Below the pieces are notes generated by a model that was not told the DNA's origin, ran no database searches, and saw only the letters and a program-made list of their open reading frames with translations. The translations under genes were made by a program, and so were the position numbers. Positions 30,672 through 40,154 of a DNA stretch of 64,000 bases are shown in pieces (position 1 is the first letter of the stretch; each line of letters opens with the position of its first letter). The stretch comes from an uncultured Acidobacteriaceae bacterium (lineage in GTDB: Bacteria > Acidobacteriota > Terriglobia > Terriglobales > Acidobacteriaceae): NCBI GenBank assembly GCA_963781635.1, contig CAWAFZ010000020.1, positions 128,688 through 192,687 on the forward strand, read 5' to 3'.

Positions 30672-31390
30672 TCATTCTCCTCTCGCCGCATCAGGGTCAG
30701 ATAGGGGAGAAATTGGCGCCGCTTGAGCATCTCCGCCACGGAACTGCCTTTTTCAAAAAGAGCTCCGGTAGGACACACATGCACGCATTTCCCGCAACTG
30801 GTGCAGGATTCCGACGATCCCCAGGGCTGATTGAGATCGGTAATGACTTGCGCCTGAATGCCTCGCCCCATCACATCCCAGGTATGCGCGCCTTCGATCT
30901 CGTCGCAGACGCGCACGCAACGCGTGCAAAGAATGCAGCGGTTGTGATCGACCACGAAGCGATCGTGCGAGGCATCGACTTCCAGCTTGGGATAGCGATA
31001 GGGATAGCGCACGTGCGTGATGTCGAGCTTCTGCGCCAGGGACTGCAATTCGCAATGGCCGTTCGAGACGCACACCGAGCAGATGTGGTTTCGTTCGGTG
31101 AAGAGCAGCTCGAGAATAGCGCGGCGATATTTCTGCAAACGCTCGGAGTTGGTAGTAACCTGCATGCCCTCTTCCACCGGAGTCACACAGGCGGGCAGCA
31201 ATTTCGATGACCCTTTTATCTCGACCAGGCACAAACGGCAGGCGCCGACTTCGGATAGTCCCTTCAACTCACAAAGAGTTGGAAGGAAAATACCGTTCTG
31301 CCGAGCCACGTCAAGAATGGTCTCATCCTGGCGCGCGCTGACGTCGCGGTCGTCGATCTTGAGCGTCTTGATATTGCTGGCTGGGCTCAT
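30668..31390 (-). CDS. hoxU: Diaphorase subunit HoxU (NuoG-like 2Fe-2S/4Fe-4S protein)
   Basis: [29 protein letters not shown], two CxxCxxCxxxCP ferredoxin motifs. Confidence 0.85.
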   Translation of the reverse strand: MSPASNIKTLKIDDRDVSARQDETILDVARQNGIFLPTLCELKGLSEVGACRLCLVEIKGSSKLLPACVTPVEEGMQVTTNSERLQKYRRAILELLFTERNHICSVCVSNGHCELQSLAQKLDITHVRYPYRYPKLEVDASHDRFVVDHNRCILCTRCVRVCDEIEGAHTWDVMGRGIQAQVITDLNQPWGSSESCTSCGKCVHVCPTGALFEKGSSVAEMLKRRQFLPYLTLMRREENE

Positions 31391-33075
31391 CGGCTTGCTT
31401 CCTGACCTTCGGGTTGGTGGTCATCGGCTTGACGAACTTCTTCCGATTGACGGGCCGTACAAACGCCCGCCGGGCACTGGCCGTTCACGATGTGCGCTTT
31501 GTATTCTTCGGAAAAGTATTTTAGGGTGCTCAGCACCGGATTCGGAGCTGAGATCCCCAAGCCGCACAAGCTGGTGTGCTTCAGCAGGTCGCAAAGATCT
31601 TCGATCAGGACAATATCCTGCTGGGCTGCCTCTAAGCGCGTAATCTTGCCCAGCAATTCATTCATTTGATACGTGCCCACGCGGCAGGGAATACATTTGC
31701 CGCAGGACTCAGTCATGCAGAAATCCATGAAGTATTTGGCCACATCGACCATGCACGAAGTTTCGTCCATCACGATCATTCCGCCAGACCCCATGATCGA
31801 GCCGACTTGCGCCAGAGATTCGTAGTCGACCGGCATATCAAGAAATTGCGCCGGTATGCAACCGCCGGAAGGTCCACCGGTCTGCGCCGCCTTGAAATCC
31901 TTGCCGTCCGGAATGCCGCCGCCGATTTCGAAAATGATTTCGCGTAAGCTGATCCCCATCGGCACTTCGACGAGGCCGGTATTGGCCACGCGTCCCGCCA
32001 GCGCGAATACTTTGGTGCCTTTGCTCTTCTCGCTGCCGATCTTGGAGTACCACTCTCCGCCGTTGCGGATGATGGGTGGAATGTTGGCGTAAGTCTCGAC
32101 GTTGTTGATGAGCGTGGGCTCGCCAAACAGGCCTTCCTGCGCGGGATAAGGTGGGCGCGGCCGTGGTGTTCCGCGCTTGCCTTCGACCGACGCGATCAGA
32201 GCAGTTTCTTCTCCGCACACAAACGCTCCCGCTCCCAGCCGAATATCAATGCCGAAGCTGAAGCGCGTGCCGCAGATGTTGTGCCCGAGCAGGCCGAGCC
32301 GTTCCGCCTGCCGGATCGCGGTGCGCAAGCGCTTGATGGCCAGCGGGTACTCCGCCCGCACATAGATGTAGCCCTCGGATGCGCCCACAGCGTATGCGGC
32401 AATCAGCATGCCTTCAAGCACGCGATGGGGATCGCTCTCGAGCACGCTGCGATCCATGAAGGCGCCGGGGTCGCCTTCATCGGCATTGCAGATGGCATAT
32501 TTCACTTTCTTCGAGGCGGCTTTGGCTACTGTGCTCCACTTCAGACCAGTCGGATAGCCCGCGCCTCCGCGGCCTCGCAACCCGCTCTTCACCACCTCTT
32601 CGATCACTTGCGCCGGAGTCATTTCAGTGATGACCTGCATCATGGCGCTGTAACCGTTTGCGGCGATGTAATCCTCGATTCTTTCTGGATCGACCACGCC
32701 CGAATTTTCCAGCACGATTTTTTTCTGCCGCTGAAAGAATGGAATGTCGGTTTTGCAGACCAGCCGGCTGACCGCATCGCTTTCGATGCTGGCGACGATC
32801 TCAGCGGCGTCGTTGGCGGTGACACCTTTGTACAGAATGCCACGGTCACTTGAAACCAGCGGACCCTGTGCGCACAGCCCCATGCAGCCTACACCTTTGC
32901 TCTTGCAGCCCTGCTCCAGGCCCTGCTTTTGGATTTCCCGATCGATTGCGTCCTTCACTTCCTGGCTTTGGCAGGAGATACAACCGGCCGCGACACACAC
33001 GCTAATCGAGTGCGCGAATTTCTTCTGCTCTTCGCGTTCTTTTTCCGCAATCTGTTCCAGCTCTTCAGGGCTCAT
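31387..33075 (-). CDS. hoxF: Diaphorase subunit HoxF (NuoF-like, NAD(P)H/FMN binding, N-terminal thioredoxin-like 2Fe-2S domain)
   Basis: [24 protein letters not shown] and [12 protein letters not shown] motifs. The ATG at 33075 forms an ATGA overlap with the hoxE stop; the ATG at 33087 is the alternative. Confidence 0.85.
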   Translation of the reverse strand: MSPEELEQIAEKEREEQKKFAHSISVCVAAGCISCQSQEVKDAIDREIQKQGLEQGCKSKGVGCMGLCAQGPLVSSDRGILYKGVTANDAAEIVASIESDAVSRLVCKTDIPFFQRQKKIVLENSGVVDPERIEDYIAANGYSAMMQVITEMTPAQVIEEVVKSGLRGRGGAGYPTGLKWSTVAKAASKKVKYAICNADEGDPGAFMDRSVLESDPHRVLEGMLIAAYAVGASEGYIYVRAEYPLAIKRLRTAIRQAERLGLLGHNICGTRFSFGIDIRLGAGAFVCGEETALIASVEGKRGTPRPRPPYPAQEGLFGEPTLINNVETYANIPPIIRNGGEWYSKIGSEKSKGTKVFALAGRVANTGLVEVPMGISLREIIFEIGGGIPDGKDFKAAQTGGPSGGCIPAQFLDMPVDYESLAQVGSIMGSGGMIVMDETSCMVDVAKYFMDFCMTESCGKCIPCRVGTYQMNELLGKITRLEAAQQDIVLIEDLCDLLKHTSLCGLGISAPNPVLSTLKYFSEEYKAHIVNGQCPAGVCTARQSEEVRQADDHQPEGQEASR

Positions 33076-33587
33076 GCGGAGATCCATTTCGCGACATGCG
33101 CGCGCAGATCTTGCGACGATACCTTGCCGGCAACTTGGTTGTCGTAAACCACGGCAGGAGCGAGGCCGCAGGACCCCAGGCAGCGGGCGGTCAGCAGAGA
33201 AACGCCGCCGTCTTTCGTAGTCTCGCCCGGGGCGATGCCGTACTCTTTCGCCATGGTCGAAAGCAGGTGAGCCGCGCCTTTTATGTAACAGGCGGTTCCC
33301 ATGCAAATCACGCAAGCGTGCCGTCCCGCCGGCTTCAGGGTAAAAAACTGATAAAAGGTCGCGACTCCGTACGCCCGGCTCATCGGAATGTGCAGGGAGG
33401 TAGCTACATAGCGCAGCGCGCCCTCATCCAGGAAGCCGAAAGTCTCCTGAACGGTGTGCAGGGTTTCGATGAGCGAGCGGGAGTGGTGGCCCAACCGCCG
33501 CATGGTGGCATCTACGATGCGCCAGCGCTTGTCTTGCGCATCGGGCGGTACGGGTTTGGCATAGTCGAGGCCGGTCGCAGTTGGCAT
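33072..33587 (-). CDS. hoxE: Diaphorase subunit HoxE (NuoE-like 2Fe-2S)
   Basis: 171 aa with the NuoE cluster pattern [19 protein letters not shown]. Confidence 0.8.
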   Translation of the reverse strand: MPTATGLDYAKPVPPDAQDKRWRIVDATMRRLGHHSRSLIETLHTVQETFGFLDEGALRYVATSLHIPMSRAYGVATFYQFFTLKPAGRHACVICMGTACYIKGAAHLLSTMAKEYGIAPGETTKDGGVSLLTARCLGSCGLAPAVVYDNQVAGKVSSQDLRAHVAKWISA

Positions 33588-33670
33588 GTCAGTGGCTCGA
33601 GCAGATCCAGAGTAAAACGCGTTGGTCGTGGTTTTCTTACTGCACAGTATAAGACGGAAAAGTATCGCGA

Positions 33671-33690
33671 GACGTGATGGCGGTCACGTC
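33671..33690. promoter_or_regulatory. Perfect inverted repeat GACGTGA-N6-TCACGTC in the hox/gntR divergent control region
   Basis: Read directly from the sequence. It lies about 85-105 nt upstream of the hoxE start. Confidence 0.35.
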
Positions 33691-33786
33691 GAACCGTAAA
33701 AGATTCCCTTTTGGGACAATCTTATCCTTTCCCACGCTGCAACCCAGGCTCATTACGCCCATGAAAAGATGCCGTCACCTTGAATG

Positions 33787-33800
33787 GTGATCTGCATCAT
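33787..33800. promoter_or_regulatory. FNR/CRP-like palindrome GTGAT-N4-ATCAT
   Basis: Matches 4 of 5 positions in each half of TTGAT-N4-ATCAA. It lies between the divergent hoxE and gntR-family starts. Confidence 0.3.
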
Positions 33801-33855
33801 TGCGGGATTTTCAATTCAGGCCTGAAATGAAGTCGTCAGTCATCAGACCATTCCG

Positions 33856-34599
33856 ATGCTTGCGACGGAATCAGCAACGAGAGTCGAGTTTGCGGCCATC
33901 CCCAGAAGCCGCGTCTACCAGGAAGTTGCCCGGCAACTCGAACGGCGAATCACTCACGACCTGAAACCCGGCGATCTGCTGCCTCCCGAACGCGAACTCG
34001 TGCAGATGCTGGGCGTGAGCCGGGGATCGGTGCGCGACGCCATCCGCAGCTTACAAGTGATGGGCCTGCTCGAGCCGCGACAGGGCATCGGCACGGTCGT
34101 GAAAGACCCCGGCGCTTCGCCGGCGAATCCCCTCGCGGCTGCAGTTCTGCATCAGCAAAGAACGGTGGTAGAGCTTCTCGACGTCCGCAAGATGCTTGAG
34201 CCGCCGCTGGCCGGTCGCGCCGCGTTGCACGCCACGCCCGTTGAACTCGCTGAGATGGAGGATATCCTGCTCCGTCAGGCCGAGAAGATCAACCATGGCG
34301 AACTTACCGTCGATGAAGATTCGCAGTTCCACTACGCCATTGCTTTAGCGGCCGATAACAACGTGGTCCTTGGAGTAGTGGACATTCTGATGGATGAGTT
34401 GCGGGAAACCCGTGAGCGTGCTTTACAGGTGGAAGGGCGGCCGCAAAAATCGCTGGCCGGCCACCGCAACGTTCTCACCTGCCTGAAGCAAAGGGATGTC
34501 TCAGGCGCTGAAGCAGCCATGCTGAAGCATCTGCAGGAAATCGAGAACCTTGTATTGCCGAAGATGGTATTGCCGAAGATCGTATCGCCAAAGCTTTAA
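33856..34599 (+). CDS. GntR-family transcriptional regulator, FadR subfamily (wHTH plus FCD domain)
   Basis: LKPGDLLPPERELVQMLGVSRGSVRDAIRSLQVMGLLE, followed by an all-helical FCD-like domain resembling PdhR/LldR/GlcC. Confidence 0.8.
   Translation: MLATESATRVEFAAIPRSRVYQEVARQLERRITHDLKPGDLLPPERELVQMLGVSRGSVRDAIRSLQVMGLLEPRQGIGTVVKDPGASPANPLAAAVLHQQRTVVELLDVRKMLEPPLAGRAALHATPVELAEMEDILLRQAEKINHGELTVDEDSQFHYAIALAADNNVVLGVVDILMDELRETRERALQVEGRPQKSLAGHRNVLTCLKQRDVSGAEAAMLKHLQEIENLVLPKMVLPKIVSPKL
34552..34596. repeat. Three tandem 15-bp units (GTATTGCCGAAGATG / GTATTGCCGAAGATC / GTATCGCCAAAGCTT)
   Basis: Read directly from the sequence. The units encode the C-terminal (V/I)LPK-type peptide repeats of the GntR protein and end 3 nt before its stop codon. 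Confidence 0.9.
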
Positions 34600-34617
34600 G
34601 AAAATGGAGGTTGCCAA

Positions 34618-35799
34618 ATGGGTCAGCTATTCGCAGTTGAGGTTATTTACCGAGGGGTCTTTCAGAAGACCCTGGCCAAGAACATTACGCGGGACATTGT
34701 TCTGGCCGCGCACAACGAAGGCAAACTGGGCATTTCCTTTGGGCGTTATGGAGACGCCCCGGAACGTAACGGTATTCCAGCCAAGAGTTTCGCAATCGTC
34801 GCTAGCGACGAAGAGACACTCGAAGCCGGAATGGCCCAATACGAGCCCAAGCAAGTCGATCTAACCGTAGTGCTCGACGACACGCTGTGTAAGGGCGCAG
34901 AGTCATGGGCGTGGTACGGCCTGAAACCCGTTCACTACGCTCTCAAGCCGGGACACACACTCATCGTCGTCTCTTTGGAAGGCCCATCCGCTCTGTTGAA
35001 GAACATTCACCGCCGTGAACAGCCTTACAAGTTGGGAGTGGTGAAAGGCGTAACCAGCTTTTCCGGAATGTGGGTGTTCAAAGATGATCACACCGATGTC
35101 CGCATCCTGGGCGCCATTGCCAAGGCTTTACCGGAAGTGTTCAGCCTGCAGTCGGTGGGACAGTTCATTAACGAGAAGCTAAAGAGCTCCCTGAAAGTCA
35201 CGTCTGCCCGAACCGCGTTTGATCGCTTCACGACCATTGAGGTGAAAGCGGGCGAAGGTAATCCGGAAGAGCTTTTCAAGTTCGACCTGCCGCGCTGGGA
35301 AGACATGCGCTCCGGCGTTTCCATTAAGGGTCAGCCCCAAGGCGGGCCTTATGCCGATCCAGTCTCTGGAAAAGTCGGAGGCTTCCGTCCGGCTCGCAAC
35401 GAGCTGTTCAAAAAGTACTCCACGCGCACCGAGCGGCCGGTCATTAACTTCTCGACCTGCACCAAGTGCACGCTGTGCTGGCTCAACTGTCCGGATGCGT
35501 CTTTCGACGTCACTCCGGATGGGCATTACGACGCCAATCTCGAAGCCTGCTGCGGTTGCGGCATCTGTGAAGAGGTTTGCCCGGTCAAGGACTGCGTGCA
35601 CATGGTGAACGAGTCCGAGTTCCACGGTAACGACAGCCAGTGGGTCGCGTTCCAGAAAGATCAGGACGCTTATCTGAAATGGCTCGAAAGCACCATCAAG
35701 AAAGCCGAGCCCATCGAGAAGCGGACGAAAGGATTCCGTTATCGCGGCCAGTACCAGGAACAGATTCCGGAGGCGCTGGAAGTCGCTAAGAAGGGCTAA
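34618..35799 (+). CDS. 2-oxoacid:ferredoxin oxidoreductase, fused gamma and delta (2x[4Fe-4S] ferredoxin) subunit
   Basis: 393 aa. GGAGG RBS 8 nt upstream. C-terminal CTKCTLCWLNCP and CCGCGICEEVCP motifs. Confidence 0.85.
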   Translation: MGQLFAVEVIYRGVFQKTLAKNITRDIVLAAHNEGKLGISFGRYGDAPERNGIPAKSFAIVASDEETLEAGMAQYEPKQVDLTVVLDDTLCKGAESWAWYGLKPVHYALKPGHTLIVVSLEGPSALLKNIHRREQPYKLGVVKGVTSFSGMWVFKDDHTDVRILGAIAKALPEVFSLQSVGQFINEKLKSSLKVTSARTAFDRFTTIEVKAGEGNPEELFKFDLPRWEDMRSGVSIKGQPQGGPYADPVSGKVGGFRPARNELFKKYSTRTERPVINFSTCTKCTLCWLNCPDASFDVTPDGHYDANLEACCGCGICEEVCPVKDCVHMVNESEFHGNDSQWVAFQKDQDAYLKWLESTIKKAEPIEKRTKGFRYRGQYQEQIPEALEVAKKG

Positions 35800-35859
35800 A
35801 ACCCCGCGAGCGCAAAAAAACTGAGGATCGAAGTCGAAGTCGAAGACAAGGAGATTCAC

Positions 35860-37095
35860 ATGGCGACATTGACATTACCGGTTGAAGAAAAAAAGAAAAG
35901 CATCGAGCAGGAAGCCCTGATTACCGGCGCCGAAGCCATTGCGATTGCCTGCAAGCTGGCCAACGTCGACGTAGTCACGGCCTACCCAATCCGGCCTTAT
36001 GACACGGTGATGCAGTACATCAGCCAGCTGGTCGCAGATGGCGAAATGGACTGCGAATACATCGTGGCGGAAGGTGAGCATTCCCAATTTGAAATCGTCA
36101 AGCATGCGTCGGTTTGCGGCGCGCGCGTATTCTGCGGTTCGAGTGGCGTGGGCTGGATGTACGCCATGGAGGCGCTGACCGTGAGTCCGGCTCTGCGCGT
36201 TCCCATGGTTTGCATGGTCGGCAACCGCGCGCTCGACGATCCCGGCGCCTTCGGCGTAGAGCACAACGACGCTCTCGCGGTCCGTGACCTGGGCTGGATG
36301 TTGACCTGGGTCGATAGTGCGCAAGAAGCGCTGGACACGGCCTTGATCGCGTATCGTGTGGCGGAAGATCGCCGCATCTTCGTCCCTCTGGCTATCAGTT
36401 GCGACGGCGCGTTTCTCACTCACTCGCAAGCCTTGGTAAAGATTCCATCGGCGGAGCAGGTAAAGAAATTCCTGCCGGCCTATAACCGCGGCGATCTGCT
36501 GCTTCATCCCGACAACGTAATTTCGGTGGCCCCACAGGCCAATGAAGATTGGGTCATGGAGATTCGTCGGCAAAACTACGCCGTTACCGAAATCGCTTGC
36601 GACGTGATTCGCGAAGTCTACGAGGAATTCGAGACTACGTTCGGACGCAAGTACGGCAATCCGTTCTTCGAAGAATATATGACCGAAGATGCGGATATCG
36701 TGCTGCTGGGCATGGGAACGATGTCCACGCCGGTGAAGGTTGCGGTGCGGAAGCTGCGCGCAGAAGGTAAGAAAGTTGGCTTCGTTCGCCTGCGCTGGTT
36801 CCGTCCGTTTGCCGGGCCGGAGATTGCCAAGTGCCTGGAGCGTTTCAAGGCAATTGGCGTCATCGACCGGGATTTCTCGTTCGGTTCGCCGGATCTCAGC
36901 GGTGTAGTCGCCACGGAGCTTCGCTCAGCGATGTATACCGGATCAGCGACGCGGCCGCCTGTGCTCGATTTCATCTGCGGGCTGGGTGGACGTGAAGTGA
37001 CGGTGCCGGATGTGGAGCAGATGGCGGAAATCGTATTTGAATCCGCCAAAGGGATTGTGCAACCCCTGACGCAATGGATTGGGCTGCGGGGATAA
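35860..37095 (+). CDS. 2-oxoacid:ferredoxin oxidoreductase alpha subunit
   Basis: ITGAEAIAIACKLANVDVVTAYPIRPYD (Arg where most family members have YPITP) and GNRALDDPG. Confidence 0.85.
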   Translation: MATLTLPVEEKKKSIEQEALITGAEAIAIACKLANVDVVTAYPIRPYDTVMQYISQLVADGEMDCEYIVAEGEHSQFEIVKHASVCGARVFCGSSGVGWMYAMEALTVSPALRVPMVCMVGNRALDDPGAFGVEHNDALAVRDLGWMLTWVDSAQEALDTALIAYRVAEDRRIFVPLAISCDGAFLTHSQALVKIPSAEQVKKFLPAYNRGDLLLHPDNVISVAPQANEDWVMEIRRQNYAVTEIACDVIREVYEEFETTFGRKYGNPFFEEYMTEDADIVLLGMGTMSTPVKVAVRKLRAEGKKVGFVRLRWFRPFAGPEIAKCLERFKAIGVIDRDFSFGSPDLSGVVATELRSAMYTGSATRPPVLDFICGLGGREVTVPDVEQMAEIVFESAKGIVQPLTQWIGLRG

Positions 37096-37143
37096 CGCCC
37101 GCCAACGCGTGGCGCTATTCATAGCCGGAAAGGACAAATAATC

Positions 37144-38160
37144 ATGAGCACATTTGTTGACGAAAAACCGACGCAAGAGCTGGAAGCCTTCAAAGGAGTA
37201 AAGAAGGTTCCACACGAGGAGTACTACACGTCCGGCCACCGCACCTGCCAGGGCTGCGAGTCTGCGCAAATCATGAAATTGATGGCGAAGGCTGCAGGAC
37301 CCAGAACCATCGTTCTGGGCAGCACTGGTTGCATGTACGTGGCCAACACCTCTTACTATGCCACGCCCTGGGGCGTGCCCTGGATGCATACGCAACTGGG
37401 CAGCTCAGGCTCGAGCGCACTGGGAGCGGCTGCTGCATTCCGCGTTCAGATGCGCAAGGGCGTAATGAAGGATGAGCCGATCAACGTCATTGCCTTCTGC
37501 GGCGACGGCGGCGGCGCGGACATGGGCCTGGGCGCAATCTCAGCCACCATGTGCCATCCCGATTACAACTTGCTGATCCTGATGTACGACAACGAGAGCT
37601 ACGCCAATACCGACATCCAGATTTCCGGGACGTCGCCCTATGGTGTCAATACCTCGTTCAGCACGCCGGGAAAAGTAAAGCGGATCATGAATCACCGCTG
37701 GAAAAAGAACATGGCGCCGCTCATGCTCGTTGGCCACCCCACAGTGAAGTACGTAGGAACGATTTCCACCTCGTACCCGCTGCAGGCGATGAACAGCGTT
37801 CGCAAGGCGCTTTCCATCGGCGGCCCAACCTTTATTCATTGCCTGAATCCTTGCCCCAAAGGCTGGGACTTCGATCCGGTGCTTTCTTTTGAGCTGGGCG
37901 AACTGGCCGTGAATACGGGCATTTGGCCCCTTTACGAGGTCGAAAACGGCAAGCTGAGGTTATACGGCAAGACCAAGGATATTGCCAGCGGCAGATTCAA
38001 ACGGCTGCCCGTGCGCGATTATCTGCTCAAGCAGGGAAGGTTTGCGCATTTCATCGAGGAAGATATCGATTACTTCCAGAGCAAGATCGATGATATGTGG
38101 AACAAATGGCTGGTGCCGGGAATCATCCCGCTCCAGAAAGACATCGACGAAGCCCAGTAA
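37144..38160 (+). CDS. 2-oxoacid:ferredoxin oxidoreductase beta subunit (TPP and [4Fe-4S] binding)
   Basis: CQGCES..GSTGC Cys pattern and the TPP motif FCGDGGGADMGLGAIS..YDNESYANT. Confidence 0.85.
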   Translation: MSTFVDEKPTQELEAFKGVKKVPHEEYYTSGHRTCQGCESAQIMKLMAKAAGPRTIVLGSTGCMYVANTSYYATPWGVPWMHTQLGSSGSSALGAAAAFRVQMRKGVMKDEPINVIAFCGDGGGADMGLGAISATMCHPDYNLLILMYDNESYANTDIQISGTSPYGVNTSFSTPGKVKRIMNHRWKKNMAPLMLVGHPTVKYVGTISTSYPLQAMNSVRKALSIGGPTFIHCLNPCPKGWDFDPVLSFELGELAVNTGIWPLYEVENGKLRLYGKTKDIASGRFKRLPVRDYLLKQGRFAHFIEEDIDYFQSKIDDMWNKWLVPGIIPLQKDIDEAQ

Positions 38161-38162
38161 TC

Positions 38163-38198
38163 AAACCCGCCCCGTAAAACGGGCGGGTTTTTCATTTT
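38163..38198 (+). terminator. Rho-independent terminator after the OFOR beta gene
   Basis: AAACCCGCCC..GGGCGGGTTT stem (about 10 bp) followed by TTTTCATTTT. Confidence 0.8.
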
Positions 38199-38272
38199 CC
38201 CCGGACATTTCCAGCAGGGAGTACTGAACGAGAAGAGAAGACCGATTCTGAGAATTCCCCAGGAGTGTGCCT

Positions 38273-39625
38273 ATGGCCACGAATGTGAACCCCTTAGTAA
38301 GTACAGAACCCAAGATCGTCAACCGCTGGATTCAGATGTGCGCCTGCATAATCGCGATGATGGCGATCGCCAATCTGCAATATGCCTGGACGCTTTTCAC
38401 CAAACCTTTAACCTCAAACCTGCACGCGACTTTGGCCGCAGTGCAGATCGCTTTTGCCGCATTCATCTTCTGTGAAACCTGGCTGGTCCCTTTCGAAGGC
38501 TATTTGATCGATCGTCTCGGACCGCGGCTGGTCATCGGCATCGGTGGCTTGCTGGTGGGCGCGGGCTGGATCGGTTCCGGCTACGCCACTACCACCACCG
38601 GACTCTACATCTGGTACGCGGTTGGCGGAGTTGGCGCTGGCGCCGTGTATGGCGGCTGCACCGGCAACGTGCTGAAGTGGTTTCCCGACCACCGCGGACT
38701 GTGCGCGGGCATCGTATCTGGCGCCTATGGCATCGGCACCGCGGTCACCGTCGCTCCTATCGAAAAAATGATCCATGCTTCCGGCTATCAGCATGCGTTC
38801 ATTGTTTGGGGTTTCATCCAGGGTATCATCGTGACTGCTGCGGCGATGTTTATCGTGGCGCCACCGAAAGGTTGGCTGCCCAAAGCCTGGAAGCCTGTCG
38901 CCCGAGTCCATCAAGCGAAGGCGGACATGACTTGGACGCAGATGGTAAGGGAGCCATCCTTTTACCTGATCTACGTCATGATGACTTTGGTCGCGTTCGG
39001 CGGCCTGGTCGTCACTTCGCAACTCAAAGAGATTGCCGGTTTCTATAAGGTGGACAAGGTCATCGTTGCTTGGGGCTTGTCTGCGGCAATTTTGGCGATC
39101 CAGCTGAACCGCATCGTAAATGGCGTCACTCGTCCTTTGTGGGGTTGGATCTCCGATCACATCGGCCGCGAGAACGCTATGTTCACCGCTTTCCTGATCG
39201 AAGGGATTGCGGTGTATGCGTGGCTGCAAACGGCCAGTCGTCCTGTAATGTTCGTCCTGTTGTCGAGCCTGGTGTTTTTCGCCTGGGGTGAGATTTTCTC
39301 GCTGTTCCCCTCGCTCACAGCGGACTTGTATGGCAGGACGTGGGCCACCACGAACTACGGCATCGTCTACACCGCAAAAGGCACGGCTGCTATCTTTGCC
39401 GCTCCCGTGGCTGCGTGGGTGATGCTCAGAACGGGTTCCTGGATCCCGGTGTTCTACGTCATGATCGCCTGCGACATCACCGCCGCGTTCATGGCATTGC
39501 TGTGGCTGAAGCCAGTAGCCAAGCGGGCCGTCGCCAAGGCCGAGGGAGTTGCGCTGCCAGAGGCATTAAGGCGAACCGAGACGGTTGTCAAGACCGAGAG
39601 GGAGAAGGAAAAAATCGCATCGTAG
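38273..39625 (+). CDS. MFS transporter of the oxalate/formate antiporter (OFA) family
   Basis: 12-TM profile. NRWIQMCACIIAMMAIANLQYAWTLFTKPL N-terminus, WISDHIGRE loop and YTAKG in a late TM helix, as I recall for OFA members. The ATG at 38273 has an AGGAG RBS 7 nt upstream. Confidence 0.75.
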   Translation: MATNVNPLVSTEPKIVNRWIQMCACIIAMMAIANLQYAWTLFTKPLTSNLHATLAAVQIAFAAFIFCETWLVPFEGYLIDRLGPRLVIGIGGLLVGAGWIGSGYATTTTGLYIWYAVGGVGAGAVYGGCTGNVLKWFPDHRGLCAGIVSGAYGIGTAVTVAPIEKMIHASGYQHAFIVWGFIQGIIVTAAAMFIVAPPKGWLPKAWKPVARVHQAKADMTWTQMVREPSFYLIYVMMTLVAFGGLVVTSQLKEIAGFYKVDKVIVAWGLSAAILAIQLNRIVNGVTRPLWGWISDHIGRENAMFTAFLIEGIAVYAWLQTASRPVMFVLLSSLVFFAWGEIFSLFPSLTADLYGRTWATTNYGIVYTAKGTAAIFAAPVAAWVMLRTGSWIPVFYVMIACDITAAFMALLWLKPVAKRAVAKAEGVALPEALRRTETVVKTEREKEKIAS

Positions 39626-39746
39626 ACAAATGACGCACGAGTTATCGTCGTCTAGCTCGTTGGTTTTCGTTTCTCTTCTTGCGGAGTGACTACCGATACC
39701 TCAGTTCGTTGACCACCGGAAGAAAAAGTCGGCCCCTCGCGGGCTC

Positions 39747-39783
39747 GGGTAGGTTGTGCGGTCTCAGTCTACGCAACCTACCC
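39747..39783. other. Strong hairpin (GGGTAGGTTG..CAACCTACCC, 10 bp plus 2 more after a bulge)
   Basis: Read directly from the sequence. It lies about 120 nt after the MFS stop and no clear T-tract follows. Confidence 0.5.
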
Positions 39784-40154
39784 TCCATTATCTCCGCATC
39801 CGCCAGGCGCGCACTTCGGCGGCCAGTCCCCGCGCTGCAACAAATCGAGCTTTAGTCTTTAATTACCGTCGTAATTATCGACATATTCCCACCGTGTGTT
39901 AGATATCGATGTGGGCCATTGTTCCGCACTTAAGTTTTTCTTAAGGCACTCTGCGTGAATCCTTTCAAGCCCGCGTTGGAAGTGATTTGTGCCGGGTAAA
40001 GATCGTTCGGCTGAACGCTGCGAACACGATCATAGACGCTGCCAGCGAAGCAGCTGTTGGGCTCGGCCCAGGGTGGTTGATATAAATCCTGCCCTCCCTG
40101 AAGCAGTTGCCATAATCTCGCGCTGCAGTTCTCGAAAAGTAATGTAGGAGAACC

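Noticed and set aside
35825-35850. Short GAAGTC tandem (about 2.8 units) before the OFOR alpha gene, and the duplicated GCCGCCGCTGTAA at about 59234-59262
   Set aside because: Both are too short and too low in complexity to distinguish from chance. The second simply encodes an Ala-rich linker.
38414-39229. 271-aa minus-strand ORF, and similar antisense ORFs at 46552-47412, 35179-35859 and 22989-23786
   Set aside because: All lie fully inside strongly supported genes on the other strand and show no recognisable motifs.
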